Assembly: GCA_964234715.1 (NCBI GenBank) | Contig: OZ174289.1 | Strand: one strand, 5' to 3' | Length of the DNA: 64,000 nucleotides | Source: Podarcis melisellensis | Lineage: Eukaryota | Shown here: positions 36,705 to 50,420 of the stretch, piece after piece | How the letters are laid out: the number at the start of each line of letters is the position of its first letter | Position numbering within the stretch: the stretch's first letter is position 1 | Program-made: the position numbers and the translations under genes | The notes under the pieces: generated by a model | The model's database searches: none | Told to the model about the DNA's origin: nothing | The model's input: the letters and a program-made list of their open reading frames with translations, nothing else

Positions 36705-39556
36705 AAGTATCACGTATCAAACTTTATTTTGGTCACATATCAGCATAAGATAAAACATACAGATAAAATGGACACAGAAAACTTAAAACAGGTAAACAGG
36801 TAAGGGATAAAAACTAGTAATTAAAAATGGTTATATCTTTCATACTTAGAAAGATTGAAACAAAGACAAATGGTTAAAACTGACTATGAGGGAGGGAGTG
36901 TGAAGGAGCACAGGTCTTGCATTTGGGGCCTAGTTTGTGGTGCAAACCATCCTTCAATGAATATCAATCATAGCAGCGCAAAGTCTAGCAACTGGATAGG
37001 TAACATCTGGGTTTTCATCTTGAAGTAGCAGGGAGGAATAAAGTTGTTCTGTGATGCTAGGAATTTTTTGTAGTATTGACAAGATGAACCTAGCTTGTAT
37101 ATCTTGTATAGTATTGGCATTGGGGGAAAAGGCATGTTCTGTTGTTTCCAGTTGCCCAGAGCCACATGGGAATTTCTTCTCCTTGTATGGCGTCTTCCTA
37201 AAGTGGCCTTCTTGGATGGCTGAAGGGAGGGTCTGGCAATGGGCCAGAGTGAAAGCCCTTCGCTATTTTGGAATTTCAAGGTTGGTTGTATTTGGGATTT
37301 GGGAGGTGAGGTGTCTTCTGGTTTCGCTGATTAAAAATTTCAGGGACCTGGCTAGATCTGCTTGGTGTTCTGTATATTCCACACACTGTTTGATGGTTTT
37401 TGGGGGCTTGTTCATACCCCATGTCAAATAGGATCTGTGGAATGAAGCCTAGAGTTGTTATTATGTTTATCATTGCACGTTTCCATTTCATTTGGAAAAC
37501 TTTCTTAATGGTTAAGGGAGCAAGGCAACGCAGGAGGAAGGATAGTCTCAGCCAGTAATTTAGTGTGATGAGTCATACTCTAGCCTTGATTCTTATGAAT
37601 CCAGTTTCAAGACATATGGTAACATTGGAGACGTGTTTAGGCACTTGCACGGCTGATCTTAAGAATTTAGATTGTACCAGTTCTAATGGTGCACAATTGG
37701 CAAGGGGGCTTATTGGGCACCATACACAAGCTGCACAATGGATTTGGTCTCAAACAGTTTGAGGGCTGCAGGTATGTACTGTCTGCCTTTAGTCCTCAGG
37801 TACCTGAGTATTGCATTTTTGCTTCTCTAGGCATTCCCTGCCTTGATGGCAGAAAGTGAGAAGGAATTAAAGAACCTTTTATTGAGGGTGAAAGAGGAGA
37901 GCGCAAAATATGGTCTGAAGCTCAACATCAAAAAAACAAAGATCATGGCCACTGGTCCCATCACCTCCTGGCAAATAGAAGGGGAAGAAATGGAGGCAGT
38001 GAGAGATTTTACTTTCTTGGGCTCCATGATCACTGCAGGTGGTGACAGCAGCCACGAAATTAAAAGACGCCTGCTCCTTGGGAGGAAGGCGATGGCAAAC
38101 CTAGACAGCGTCTTAAAAAGCAAAGATATCACCTTGCCAACAAAGGCCCATATAGTAAAAGCTATGGTTTTACCAGTAGTGATGTATGGAAGTGAAAGCT
38201 GGACCATAAAGAAGGCTGATCGCCAAAGAATTGATGCTTTTGAATTATAGGGCTGGAGGAGACTCTTGAGAGTCCCATGGACTGCAAGAATATCAAACCT
38301 ATCCATTCTTAAGGAAATCAGCCCTGAGTGCTCACTGGAAGGACAGATCCTGAAGCTGAGACTCCAATACTTTGGCCACCTTATGAGAAGAGAAGACTCC
38401 CTGGAAAAGACCCTGATGTTGGGAAAGATGGAGGGCACAAGGAGAAGGGGACGACAGGACAAGATGGTTGGATAGTGTTCTCAAAGCTACCAGCATGAGT
38501 TTGACTAAACTGCGGGAGGCAGTGGAAGACAGAAGTGCCTGGCGTGCTCTGGTCCATGGGGTCACAAAGAGTCGGACATGACTAAACGACTAAACAACAA
38601 CAACAACAAAGGCATTACCTGCAAAATAACCCCTGTGTGCTTTTCTGCTTCCCGAGGAGTGAAGAGTTATACCCAAATATTTGAAGCAGGTGACCTGCTT
38701 GATCTTATGGTCATCAATGTACCATGAACAAGGTTTGGACCTTTTGGCAAAGACCAAGATTTTGGTTTTCTGATCATTTAGTTTTAGTTTGCTCTCCTTG
38801 CAGTATGCTGCTAGTGTTTTCTTGACTCTTTTAAGGCTTTTAGGAGTTCTTGAGAGGATTGCTGCATCATTTGCACAGGAATATGCTTTCCTGCTAGTTT
38901 TGGAGGGTGGAAGTTCATATTGTGGAAGAGGGGTACCAATATGAACCCACACTTGATGCCTTTCTTAGTTTCAATTGTGTTAGACAGATGCCCCTGAGAG
39001 GCATCATGCTTTTAACAAGGGCCCTTCATGTAGTGTGAGTATTAGGTATGGCAGGCGTCTGTCTAATGTGGAGGTCTCCAATTTTTTCAAGGGCACCGTT
39101 TAGAATGTAGAGGCTTAGTTTGAAAAACATTTGTGCTAAGCAGAGACCCACAAAGTTCTACATTCAGTCTTTTGAGGCTTGAGTTGTAAGTGGACCTTCA
39201 ACCTCCAAATCTGGTGGGGTATGGCCAAACCGTGTGTATAAAGTTTGGTCGTTCAGCTGTAGTCGGGCATTTAAGACCCCTCCCAGTACCACCATTGCAT
39301 TTGGATTTTGCAGTATAATGTCTGCAACATATCCTTCCAGCTCACCCCATTGGGCTTTGATCTCTGATTTCTGGTGCACTGGGGGCATGTAGGCATTCAT
39401 AATCAAGAGAGCCTTCTTGTTAAGGTTGAGCAGAATAGCCTTGGCATATGTCCTAAGTGAAGGGAGGGGCCTTGGTGTGGAGCTGATGTTGGTAGAAATA
39501 AGAATTCTGAATCCCCCTTTTGCTGTGCTGTGCCTCTTACCCAGTTCAGCTCCCAA
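36705..39556 (-). mobile_element. RTE-X-like LINE, internally deleted and interrupted by BovB
   Basis: Endonuclease ORF 39164-39556 (NAYMPP, VLGGVLNAR); RT ORF 38590-38952 (ANDAAILS, KTKILVF, FKYLG); C-terminal AFTLA..CPC-type region at about 37000-37300; polyA signal near 36725. Confidence 0.8.
37842..38609 (+). mobile_element. BovB LINE, 5'-truncated (about 770 bp)
   Basis: MAESEKELKNLL..GLKLNIKKTKIMA..HEIKRRLLLGR..VVMYGSESWTIKK; (CAA)n tail; 13-bp TSD aggcatt(c/a)cctgc at 37829-37841 and 38610-38622. Confidence 0.97.
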
Positions 39557-41029
39557 TGTTCAGCTTAAATGTAGGAATTGAGTTGAGATAAGCATAAGTT
39601 CACAAATGGGAATCTACCTAATTCACACTTCCTTGAAAATTCACATTTCTCCTAATGTGATGCAGTTACAACTGTAATTGTTTAAGATTGGTTTTAACTG
39701 TAACTGCTTATAGATGTTTTTAATTTTAATTGCTTTTATAATGTTTTAATCTGTGTTAGAATGTTTTTGCTTGGTTTTTGTTTTTTAATTTGTCTATGTG
39801 TTTGTTCCCCTGGGCTCCTTCGAAAGGAAGGGATATAAATTCAGTTAATAACAATAACAATAATATATGTCATCATCAAACCTTTATTGGCATCACTTAC
39901 AAACATTCAGAATAAATAAGCCAGTGCGATCTCGTCGCCATTTCAACAGTACAGTCATTTGCCAAAGGGAAGAAGAGGCGAGCAATCTATTTCATCTCTG
40001 TACTATATGTCTGTATGTACCCCTGAAATTGAGAGGACATAACTTTCATAATATCCCATATATGTCATTGCAATCTGCAATCTGCTAGATTTACATTTTG
40101 TTCATATTTCCGCTGGTTCAGTCTTCTTGTTTCACTCTGGCACTGATTTTGACACCTTGTGAGGAAGAAACAAAACCTCGTATTTGGCACTTTTGTCTTG
40201 GGCCATCTCATTTGAGACTGACACCTTGGGAGTTCTGGCCAAACATCTCATGCATATTCTTCATTCCGCATCATGAATATTTAAGGACATCCTGGAAAGA
40301 TAACTTTGCTTAGAAAGCTGGATAACAGTATTGTATTTTGAATACCACAGACAATTCCATGAAAGAATGAAAAACTCTTTTTCTCCTATAAAATGTGATT
40401 AGTTTTAGATTGCTCATTCTGTAAAATCATACATTTGCCAGCTGCTGCAACCATGGAATGCTATATAATTCTTTCTTAACTTTTTGTAATGGCAATGGAT
40501 GAAAACTGAATTTACCAGCATACACATTCTCATCACTGTATATGGTGATTACTGCTAACCAGGAAAATCCCAAATCCTTGATTCAATGCTATATAAATTA
40601 GATGTAGTTCATGCAGCAAATAATGGAAAAAGATGTGCTCTCTCATTAATGAGCTCCAGTTTTATAAACATGTGAAGAAATTTTAAAACCTAGAGATTCC
40701 ACTCACTGCAGCATTATCCATTAGAAGCAATATTATTTCAAAAGCAATCATTCTTGACAAACTACTTCAATTCCAAAAGCAACATAGATCATAAACAGAG
40801 TTCAAAGCTTTTTCAAAGTGCATCTGTGATTCCCCTTGCTCCTTTTTATTATTAAAATGAGCAATCTAAGATAGAGACACTCTTCTAAATCAACATTTTA
40901 AAGAAGGCTTACCCTCTCCACAGAGTGATTTTGTCTTCACTCTGTTGCTTTCAAGTGATTTAGTAAGCCAACAAAAATTGCATCTCACTTAAACTTTTTC
41001 CCCCTTTTGTATAATGGGGGTGGATGGAT

Positions 41030-41170
41030 CAGAAGGTGGTTGACTCTCCTTCACTGGGTATGTCTAAACAGAAACTGGATGGCCAATCTGTTAAATAATC
41101 TTTAGCTGTGGTTTTTGACTTGTAAGAAGTTGGACTTGATGACCAAACTCTACAGTTGCATGATTTTATG
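41030..41170 (+). mobile_element. Old CR1 3' end
   Basis: ggtggttgactctccttcactgg..aaacaga.actggatggcc..ttggacttgatgacc..atgattttatg. Confidence 0.6.
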
Positions 41171-41557
41171 GATAAGTCTATCTCTAACCCATGTCAATGC
41201 TATATGTGTTCAGCATGTGGAATAAATGATGGTGGATGACACCTTTTAGGGAAGGTGTCATAACACAGCCATTCCACCAGAGGATGCTGAAGGGACTAAG
41301 TGACATGCCTCTTTTAATTCTACCATCTTCAGAGGAGCTAGGAAAACAGGCCTTTCATGGTTTTTTAACTGACAGTGATCCCTGTAAATGTCACTGAAAA
41401 GTAGCAGCAACCTTTTTCAGATGAACACCCCACCCTCAGCCCAATGAGAAGTGGGATTGTTGGTACTTGCACCCACAACCATTGAGCATAAAAGCACATG
41501 AAAAGTCCTGCTGGAACAGGCCAAATGCTCATTTGGTCTAGAATCCTGTTTTTACAG

Positions 41558-42896
41558 TTCTTCTTTGGTGATCACTTGTAGCCGAGTAAGATTGCTTCCA
41601 TAAACAAAGTTTTAACAATGTGTCTGTAAGTGACTGTGGAGGCCAATTCTGGATCCCCACATCCTTCCGCAGTGGGGACATTGGTTTTTGGGCGGGAGTT
41701 GATCACGGTGTGGATTTGCCAAGCATGTCTTCGTCTTAGCATGTTTCTCCATTGTGTCCTGAGTTTGAATGTCTTCAAAGCCCATGGCACCTTTGGTAAA
41801 GGCTTTTCTCCAACTAGAGCTCGCAGGCAAGTGTTTTCCAATTGTTGGTGTTTCTACTACATTTTTAAAATTTGCCTTGAGACAGTCTTTGAATATCTTT
41901 TGTTGACCACCAGCATTACACTTTCCATTTTTAAGTTCGGAATAGAGTAGTTGCTTTGGAAGATAATAATCAGGATTCCGCACAACATGACCAGTCCATT
42001 GAAGTTAATGTTGAAGAATCTTTGCTTCAACACTGGTAATCTTTGCTTCTTCCAGTACACTGATATTAGTTCGCCTGTCTTCCCAAGTGATGTGTAAAAT
42101 TTTTCGGAGACATCATTGATGGAATATTTCGAGGAGTTGGAGATGGCATTTATAAGTGGTCCATGTTTCACAAGCATACAGTAAGGTTGGTAGTACAATA
42201 GCTTGGTAAACAAGCATTTTGGTTTCCCTGTAAATGTCCCAATCCTAAAACACTCTGCACTTCAATTAGGAGAAAGTCACACTCGCAGAGCTCAGGTGAT
42301 GCTGGATTTTGGCATCAATGTCAGCCCTTGTGGAAAGATAACTAACTGCCCAGGTAGGAGAAGTGATTGACATTTTCCAAAGTTACACGATTGAGTTGGA
42401 TTTGTGGTGCTGCAGAGGGGTTATTTTGTACTTGGTAGTGCAGTACTTTGGTTTTTTTGGCATCAATGTCAGCCCTTGTGGAAAGATAACTGCCCAGGTA
42501 GGAGAAGTGATTGACATTTTCCAAAGTTACACGATTGAGTTGGATTTGTGGTGCTGCAGAGGGGTTATTTTGTACTTGGTAGTGCAATACTTTGGTTTTT
42601 TGGATGTTGAGTGATAGGCCAAGCTTTTCATAAGCTTCTGTGAAGATATTTAGGATGGTTTGGAGGTCATCCTCTGATTATGTGCACACTACGTTGTCAT
42701 CAGCATAATGAAGCTCTATGACAGAAGTTACGGTAAGCATCCATCATTACAGTAAGTTTCCATCAAACAGATGGAAGAGCTCTCCATCTGTTTGATATAT
42801 GACTTCTATTCCGGTGGCTTTGACATAGTCTAGGATCATGGCAATGAAAATAATGAATAGAGTTGGGGCAATAACACAACCCTGTTTAACACCTGA
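41558..42896 (-). mobile_element. RTE-clade LINE (non-BovB, RTE-1-like), 5'-truncated
   Basis: LPKQLLYSELKNG.., CPHCGR..RIGLHSH, LENVNHFSYLGS, GVKQGCVIAPTLF and YADD-type sequence; sits inside a CR1 3' fragment. Confidence 0.9.
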
Positions 42897-44169
42897 GTGG
42901 TCAAACAGATGCCTTAGGGAATCCTGAAAGCGTTCTCTTGAATTACAATTCCCAGCAACTGGTATTCAGAGGCAAATAACCTCTGACAATAAAGATAGAA
43001 CCAGGATGCTGAAGTAGCCATTGATTGGCCATGAATTTCTCTAGTCGTGTTTTAAAGCCACCCAGAGGCCCTGCCTTTGATATTTGTGGATTTGGCATAC
43101 CATCAGAAAATGGGTACCAGTTTACGTACATAACTGGCTACGTAAATGGCAGTAGCCTTTGGTAACATATGGATTGATCTACAATAGTCAGTCAAACAAG
43201 TTGTAATTTCTGAATCTATCCATGGTATTAGTAGTCATCTATCCATGACTTAGTAGTCATGTTCTGAATAGATTCATTTATTTTAGTGGCCCTAGTTCAA
43301 TCTTTCAGTGAGCCTACTCTGAGTATGAATAACACTGGATATCACTCTGGGATTCAAGTACTCTAATATTATTGAAATTCTTTTCTTCCTTCAATACCAA
43401 ACCATTTCTTAAAGAACACACTAAGATTTTCAACGGAATCCATCAGGAACCGAAGAATTTAGCACTTCTACATTCAGCTCAACATCTGTCATGCCTTATT
43501 TATCAACAATGTATATAATTTTGTTCTGTTGGCTGGAGGCAGCCCTGGTTCTGGATTTGTTTTCCTCTGGGGAACCCTGTCTTTTCCATCATTAAAGGGA
43601 ATGCATCTTATCCCTGCCCAATTGAAGACTAAGGCATACAGAATTATTTATGATGTATTGATCCCTCATGAGACCAGTCTAATCACAGTGGGGAGAGAGG
43701 GGAACAAAATCATGAGGTGTTGAGAGAGGAGATCTTAGTGAACACCATTGCAAAAGCTTCCTGTCCACCCTCCACCCTCAAACCCCCCCACATTTCTATT
43801 TATTTCACTAATCTATGCATTTTTATGTACAACTTCCCTAATAAAAGCATTTTTGTACACATTGGTTGGTGGGATCACTGCATTGCAGCATTTGTAGAAG
43901 TTCGAATTTCAAATGATGATAACCTTTTAGTTTATGCATTGGTTCAAAAATGGCAAATTGGGTAGTTCTCCCCACATCCCAATCATGGGAGGTTGATGGT
44001 GCTGGAGATGGGGTAGCAGAACTAGAACACTCATTCCCATTCTCTCTCATTGCATGAGAGATTTAGAATGCTTGAATGCAACTTACAACTGCATGCACAC
44101 ATACACTAGCACAAAAGACTGTAGATGCAATCAATCCTTCAGTCATGCCACATCAATGCCCTAAAATGG

Positions 44170-44510
44170 CCTCAGCCCTATATACTTGAAGGAGAGTCTC
44201 CACAGCCATCATTCAGCCCAGACACCGAGGTGCAGCTCTGAAGGCCTTCTCATTGCGAGAAGTAAAGTTACTGGGAACCACACAGAGGGCCTTCTTGGTA
44301 ATGACACCTGTCCTGTAGAATGCCCTCCCATCAGATGTCAAACAGAGAAACAGCTATAAAACTTTTTGAAGGTGTCTGATGAAACCCCTTTTCCGGGAAG
44401 TTTTAAATGTTTGATGTCTCACTGTGTTTTTATATTGTGTTGGAAGCCATTCAGAGTGTCTGGGGCAACCCAGTCAAATGACTGGGGTAAAAATAATATA
44501 TGATGATTAT
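44170..44510 (+). mobile_element. L2 LINE 3' fragment
   Basis: Same terminus as 24505-24984. Confidence 0.8.
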
Positions 44511-44701
44511 GATGCATGTCAGAAATATGAAGAGGAGAAAACAATTGGATATGAATGGAAATCTGGGTCAAACCACAAGCTATCTAGTTTGAGAATTTAT
44601 ATTAGCAATTCTTCTGAATAAGCACCTGCTTGCTCTGACCTTTAACACCCAAACTGCAGCGTTCCAGGACTCACCCAATCCTTGTGACTGTTATTTGCTT
44701 T

Positions 44702-44955
44702 AAGAAGAAGAAGAAGAGTTTGGATTTGATATCCCGCCTTTCACTCCCTTTTAGGATTCTCAAAGCGGCTAGCATTCTCCTTTCCCTTCCTCCCCCACAA
44801 CAAACACTCTGTGAGGTGAGTGAGGCTGAGAGACTTCAGAGAAGTGTGACTGGCCCAGGGTAACCCAGGAGCTGCAAGTGGAGGAGCGGAGACGTGAACC
44901 CGGTTCCCCAGATTACGAGACTATCGGTCTTAACCACTACACCACACTGGCTCCC
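44702..44955 (-). mobile_element. Young tRNA-derived SINE with (TTC)n tail
   Basis: Minus-strand head gagccagtgtggtgtagtggttaag (A box) and ggttcacg (B-box-like); near-identical to 57617-57859. Confidence 0.9.
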
Positions 44956-46245
44956 GATAAATGATAGATAGTAAGAATAATACCAGAATTCAGAAAAGGT
45001 GGAATAATTGGGGTGGGGGGATTGCTGGGAAATAATTTTGGAATACCAGTTAATCCAAATTCCCAGATAGGCGGGGAACTACAAAGAAAAAATGGCTGAC
45101 TGCCTGAATTCAAAAATAGTGTTTAGCCAAAGCAGCCCCCATCAGAGTTCAAAACACAGATCTATGGAGTATTTGCAAATCACAGGAAATATAGGTTAGA
45201 CCTTCAAATTTCCCAGCATTAAGTGCTCAAAATTGTGCTCCCCTGCCTCTACCCCTCTTGGAGTGAACAGAACACAGACAGAGCACAGACATTAGTAGGT
45301 TTAAATGCTTTATTTACAGTAATAACAGGTCAATCATTATTCAGTACTACAGCTGCAGACAAGGTATTACTGGTCCGGAGCACCAACCTCAGATGTGTGC
45401 TTAGCTTACATGGTTCAAAAAACGAAGAGGGAGGGAGAGGAGCAGGAAACAGACAATACTTCCTATCTCCCCGAAGGTTGTAAGGTGTGACCTGGCAGTG
45501 CCTTTGCCAGACATTTACATCTCTGTGATTCTTAATTCCTTATTTACTGGTATTAAAAGACTGCATGAGCTGCAGGAGGAGGGAGTCAGTGTGATTTCTG
45601 GATTTCTGGATACTTCCAGACAACTTATTTATTGAGGTTTCATCCTGGTTTGCCTGCAAGGAGATTAGATGATGTGGATTTTGTAAAGAGCATTCATTCT
45701 GATTTGTCTAAGGGGAGGTTAGATGAAGTTGCATCAAAGCAAGCTTTATCCCACATTTTCTGGTGCATTTTCTCACTGCTTTCCTTATTGCACAAAGTCC
45801 AAAGTGGGTTTCTTGCACAAAACCTCCCAAGCAATCCCACCCCCAAATAGAGAGAGCCTGGAAGTACATTTTCTCTCTGCCACTCAAGCCAAAAAAGGAA
45901 CTGATATTTAACCTACCAGCCTCTATATACGTTATAGAGATATTGTTCCCAGAAATCTCTCTTTATTCCCTCATTCTAGCGCCACTCTGACTTGATGTGT
46001 TTTATGAGAGAAACAGTTAAAGAATTTGTTAGCAATGAACTGCAATATCTCAGACCAAGCCTGTTTTTCCCCTCTAGAGAGTACTACACTGAATTATACT
46101 TACATCATGGGCTGTTTTGGAAACTGTTTTCTATTCCAAAGATCACTTTATGTTTGCAGATCTTCCTCCTTTTAAACCTACTGGCATATATAGTTGCCTT
46201 TTGCTATATGAGTCAGTTTATCTCTCTCCCTCTCTCCATTTCTCC

Positions 46246-46279
<34 letters not shown>

Positions 46280-46676
46280 ATCTGTGTGTGACAGAGAGAG
46301 AGTGACTACTGTAGTGAAATGATGCAACTCGTCCTGAGAATTCTAACATTGACTGGACATCTGAAATGCCTGCAGTTGCAAACTTCCTCTTCCACCCCCT
46401 CCCCGTTACCCTCATAAGCAGATGCATGTGCAAATCAATGAAATATGCAGACTTCCTCATTTTGGCACTTAAATAGAAGCTAATTCATGTGCCAGCTCAC
46501 TTCCCAACATGGCTCAGTACTGCAGACCCTCCAAGTGTCCCTATTTTCCGGGGACAATTCCAGATTTACAGCAGCCATTCCAGTTTCTGATTTGATCCTG
46601 GAATGTCCTGCTTTTCCTTAGGATGTCCCCATTTTCATCAGAGAAATATTGGAGGGTATGGAGTTATACAACCCCC

Positions 46677-46946
46677 TGCTAGGTATCATTCATCAAGAAA
46701 CAAGAAAAGGGTGCAGATAACTTTAAGGATGTTTTCTATGAGTTCTGGGTGTGGTTTTCCAGGCTAATTAGGCACAGCTGGTTATGTGTATAGAGAAGAA
46801 GTTGCGGTTTGCAACTGCCTGCAGAAGAGAACACCCACATGCTTTGTGTTTGTTGTTTGCATAGTCGTAATAAAACTCTTGTTAGAGTATTTTACATCAG
46901 TCTCATTGTTCTGTCGTCTGCCACCAGGGAAAATTCGCATCCAACA
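46677..46946 (+). mobile_element. Solo LTR (270 bp)
   Basis: TG..CA ends (tgctag/ccaaca), 5-bp TSD ccccc, AATAAA near 46869; removing it restores the host sequence. Confidence 0.8.
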
Positions 46947-47000
46947 CCCCCGAGCCAAGGAGATAAATAACTATACAACCTTTAGAAAACATCTGAAGGC

Positions 47001-47178
47001 CAGTGGCAGAGCTTCATGCTCCAGTACTGGGGGCGGAAAGCAGGTGGGGGTGGGGCTGGTGCGCATCCTGGGGGCGGGGCGGCCAGTGCGGGGTGTGTGT
47101 GTCAGCTGTGATGGCACCCTGGGGATCACTCTGCCAGGGGCGGTGCACTCCCCCCGCACTCCTCTTCCTCCACCAGTG
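47001..47178 (+). mobile_element. GC-rich hAT MITE
   Basis: Perfect 8-bp TSD ctgaaggc at 46993-47000 and 47179-47186. Confidence 0.9.
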
Positions 47179-48161
47179 CTGAAGGCAGCCCTGTATAGGG
47201 AAGTTTTTTAATGTTTTTTTTTTTTTTAGGTATTTATATATGTTGGAAGCTGCCCAGAGTGGCTGGAGCAACCCAGTCAGATGGGCAGAGTGGTAGTAAT
47301 AATAATAAAAATAATAATAGGACATCCCTATTTTCATTGGAGAAATGTTGGAGGCTATGCAGTACTGCACATCTGTATGCACTGAAGGCTCGAAAATGAA
47401 TATGATGTTAGTAATTGGACAAAAGAGTGAGAGTGTAGTTAAAGAACAAAAGCTGGTAAGAAAGAATGCTTGAGTAGTCCAAGCTTTGGAACTACTATGA
47501 GCTGACTTGTTCCAAATTTCCTGGACTAATGTGTGCATTCAAACTTAATTATGTATTGACTATCATAATTCTAATAGGTTTGGATGCAAAATTATTCGCT
47601 CAAAAATCTCTCTCCTGTCCCTCTGCCCCCCCCCCATATAGCTGCATATCTTTAGAAACATTTTTAAAATGTGTAATTTCAGGTAAAATACTCTTTAAAA
47701 TGCATATTTAAATATATACTTTAAATCATGTTTTCTTGAAGGGTTTTTTTTTAAAAAAAATCTGCAGATAAACAAGAGAATACAGATATAAATAAACACA
47801 TGCAAAATGTGGCTCAGACTGTAAGTAGATCTATCGACCTATCCGTTTCTATATGTGTGATGCTTTAAAAGCAGATCAATGAATTTCATAAGGAGGGAGA
47901 AACAGTTTTATTTCATGTTTCGTAGCTTGCTATTGAATAGTGATGCTTGAGAGATGTGTTTGCTCCATATAGTGTGCTGACCTGATCTGGACCTCTTGAA
48001 GCACTATGCAGACTGAAAGGCATTTGTGTGGATCAGTCTGAAAGCTGTCTTTTATTTTATCTTATTTCCTTTTAAAACAGGATTTTCTAGCTACTTAGTT
48101 CAACTAGAAACTACAGCACATGCAAAAACGGACGTGAAAATGACCACTAGACTCTAGTAGT

Positions 48162-48351
48162 CATAGGAGCCAACTCCTAGGAGCTGGGGGAGCTTTGGCC
48201 CCCACAATCAAATATTTGAGGGGGCCGGACCCTCACAATGATGCTGGACATTCCCATTCAAATGGTGTGTGTGCACTGCATCATGTGATTGATTATGCAA
48301 GGCGGGGCTTATCTTAGCCCCCACAGTATTTCATTCAAGTTGGCACCCCTG
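48162..48351 (+). mobile_element. hAT MITE
   Basis: TIRs cataggagccaact and agttggcacccctg; TSD ctagtagt and ctggtagt; second copy at 58762-58946. Confidence 0.85.
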
Positions 48352-49946
48352 CTGGTAGTAAATAATGTTTTCCATTGTAGAACTCAACAGGGAGAAGGAT
48401 TGGGACAAAACCAAAATGAGTACTCTGTCTGCCATTTGTCCTGGCTCCATCTACTGTTGCATTCTGCACCAGCAGTTCCAATGGGCATTATCCACCACTG
48501 TTATGGGGAAATTGAAGCTGCAGAATATTGAATTTTTAAAAAGTCACTCCCATTGTCGGTTAATGGAAATGACATACAAATAGAGTTTTTCTGTACCAAT
48601 TATTCCTGTCAGCTGTCCATCTTCTGTAAAAATGAAGCTCTCCACATCATAATCATTTCAGAGATTCCAATGAGCTTTTCTATAGGGCTCCCAAGCACAC
48701 TTATCTTTATAATGTCTACTATTTTCTCCAAACAACTGTGCCTGCATGTTAGTAAGTTCTGCCTCAGACTAAGCCACTAATAATTGCCTGAGCTTCAGAC
48801 TCTTGAAACAATTGGATGCGTGGGCTAGCTGAGATTGTCTGCTAAAGTGAGATAGCAACTTTTAATATACATGTCCAATTTTACTTTTTACACACATTTC
48901 TGGTCTTAATGTGTGTGGTTTTTTTAAAAAAACTCCTGCACGAGATAACCCATTCAAACCCCTAATTAACAATTATATCAGTAGCTTCAAACAATTAATC
49001 CATACAATTTTTGCTTAGAAACTTGAAGGGATTTCAAAACCAAGCATTTCACAGAGACTTGTGCGGTATACAAACCACCATACAGAGAGCGAGAGAGTGA
49101 GAGAGCGAGGAAACAGGTTTTTATAGTTGTTTAAAGGAGAAAAAGAGAAGTGAGTATTTGTTCAACAATATTTTCCTTGCAATGGGAAACAATATAAATG
49201 ATATCTTTTCCTTTTTGCTCAATGAGCATAATAATTAGAGCTTATCCAGATGTTCAGTTTTATGAGAAAATTTCTGAGATTATGAATTGTCTCCAATGTT
49301 GGTTCTACTTAGTGAAGATACATTGAAATTAATGGGCCTAAGCTATGTTAGTTTATCATTTTTTAGTGGTGACCACCATCTCCCATCAATGTCTGGAAGG
49401 AACGCTCAGTCCAGGATGCAAAATGGTGGTCAGGCACTCAACACAGTTGCTCCTTCCATTCACAATGTCAGATTAAAGAAAGGGAGAGGGGAAGTATTAG
49501 GAAAATGTGAAGGGGTGCTACTCATAGTGTGACTCCCCCTTCCCACCCTTGTGAAGCTTTTAGAGAAAATTGGTGAAATCCCACAAACATGGTGTGGAAT
49601 TTTGAGAAGCCATTTGCATACAGTTATAATAACAACCAAAAGCTTGTGAACTACTGTAAATATTTCTTGCAAAGGACTATAGATAGGAAAATATATCCAA
49701 AGTGTTATATGCAATTTCTGATTTTCTTGGCTGTGACTAAGACAACAGTCCACACCAATCTCAGCTGAGCAGTTTGAGATTCCAGGGCTCTTGGCACTTT
49801 ACCAGGCTTTCTGTTACTTTGGAACAGGGCATGGCAGAGACATTAGTGTCTTAAAGAAATTAGGTTTATTTACACACATGTACATCTGTGTTTAGTTGGA
49901 GGCAATACTGAACATTACACTCCACGAGTGTCTCATGTTGCTACCC

Positions 49947-50061
49947 CAGACCCTCTGTGTCCCTGTTTTTCAGGGACATCCCAGTTTCTGATTTGATCCC
50001 AGAATGTCCCACCTTTCCTTAGGATCTCCCTGTTTTCATCAGATAAATGTTGGAGGGTATG
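49947..50061 (+). mobile_element. Short form of the 46523 hAT MITE
   Basis: cagaccctc..ttggagggtatg, colinear with 46523-46660. Confidence 0.75.
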
Positions 50062-50069
50062 TGATTCCT

Positions 50070-50420
50070 AGGGACGGGGGTGGTGCAGTGGGTTAAACCA
50101 CAGAGCCTAGGACTTACCAATCAGAAGGTCGGCAGTTCAAATCCCCACGAAGGTGGGAGCTCCCGTTGCTTGGTCCCAGCTCCTGCCAACCCAGCAGCTC
50201 GAAAGCACGTCAAAGTACAAGTCGATAAATAGATGCCGCTCCAGCGGGAACGTAAATGGCGTTTCTGTGCGCTGCTCTGGTTCGCCAGAAGCGGCTTAGT
50301 CATGCTGGCCACATGACCCGGCAGCTGTACGCCAGCTCCCTCAGCCAATAAAGCAAAATGAGAACCACAACCCCAGAGTCAGCCATGACTGGACCTAATG
50401 GTCAGGGGTCCCTTTACCTT
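50070..50420 (+). mobile_element. Sauria SINE, full length
   Basis: Complete head-to-tail similarity to 27467; 12-bp TSD tatgtgattcct at 50058-50069 and 50421-50432. Confidence 0.95.

Larger units (their letters stand above)
46523..47359. mobile_element. Composite non-autonomous hAT element carrying an L2 3' end
   Basis: Perfect 8-bp TSD cagtactg at 46515-46522 and 47360-47367; TIRs cagaccctccaa and ttggaggctatg. Confidence 0.85.

Noticed and set aside
45234-45520. Possible minus-strand solo LTR (similar fragment near 49810-49920)
   Set aside because: PolyA-like signal present but I could not fix the ends or a TSD.
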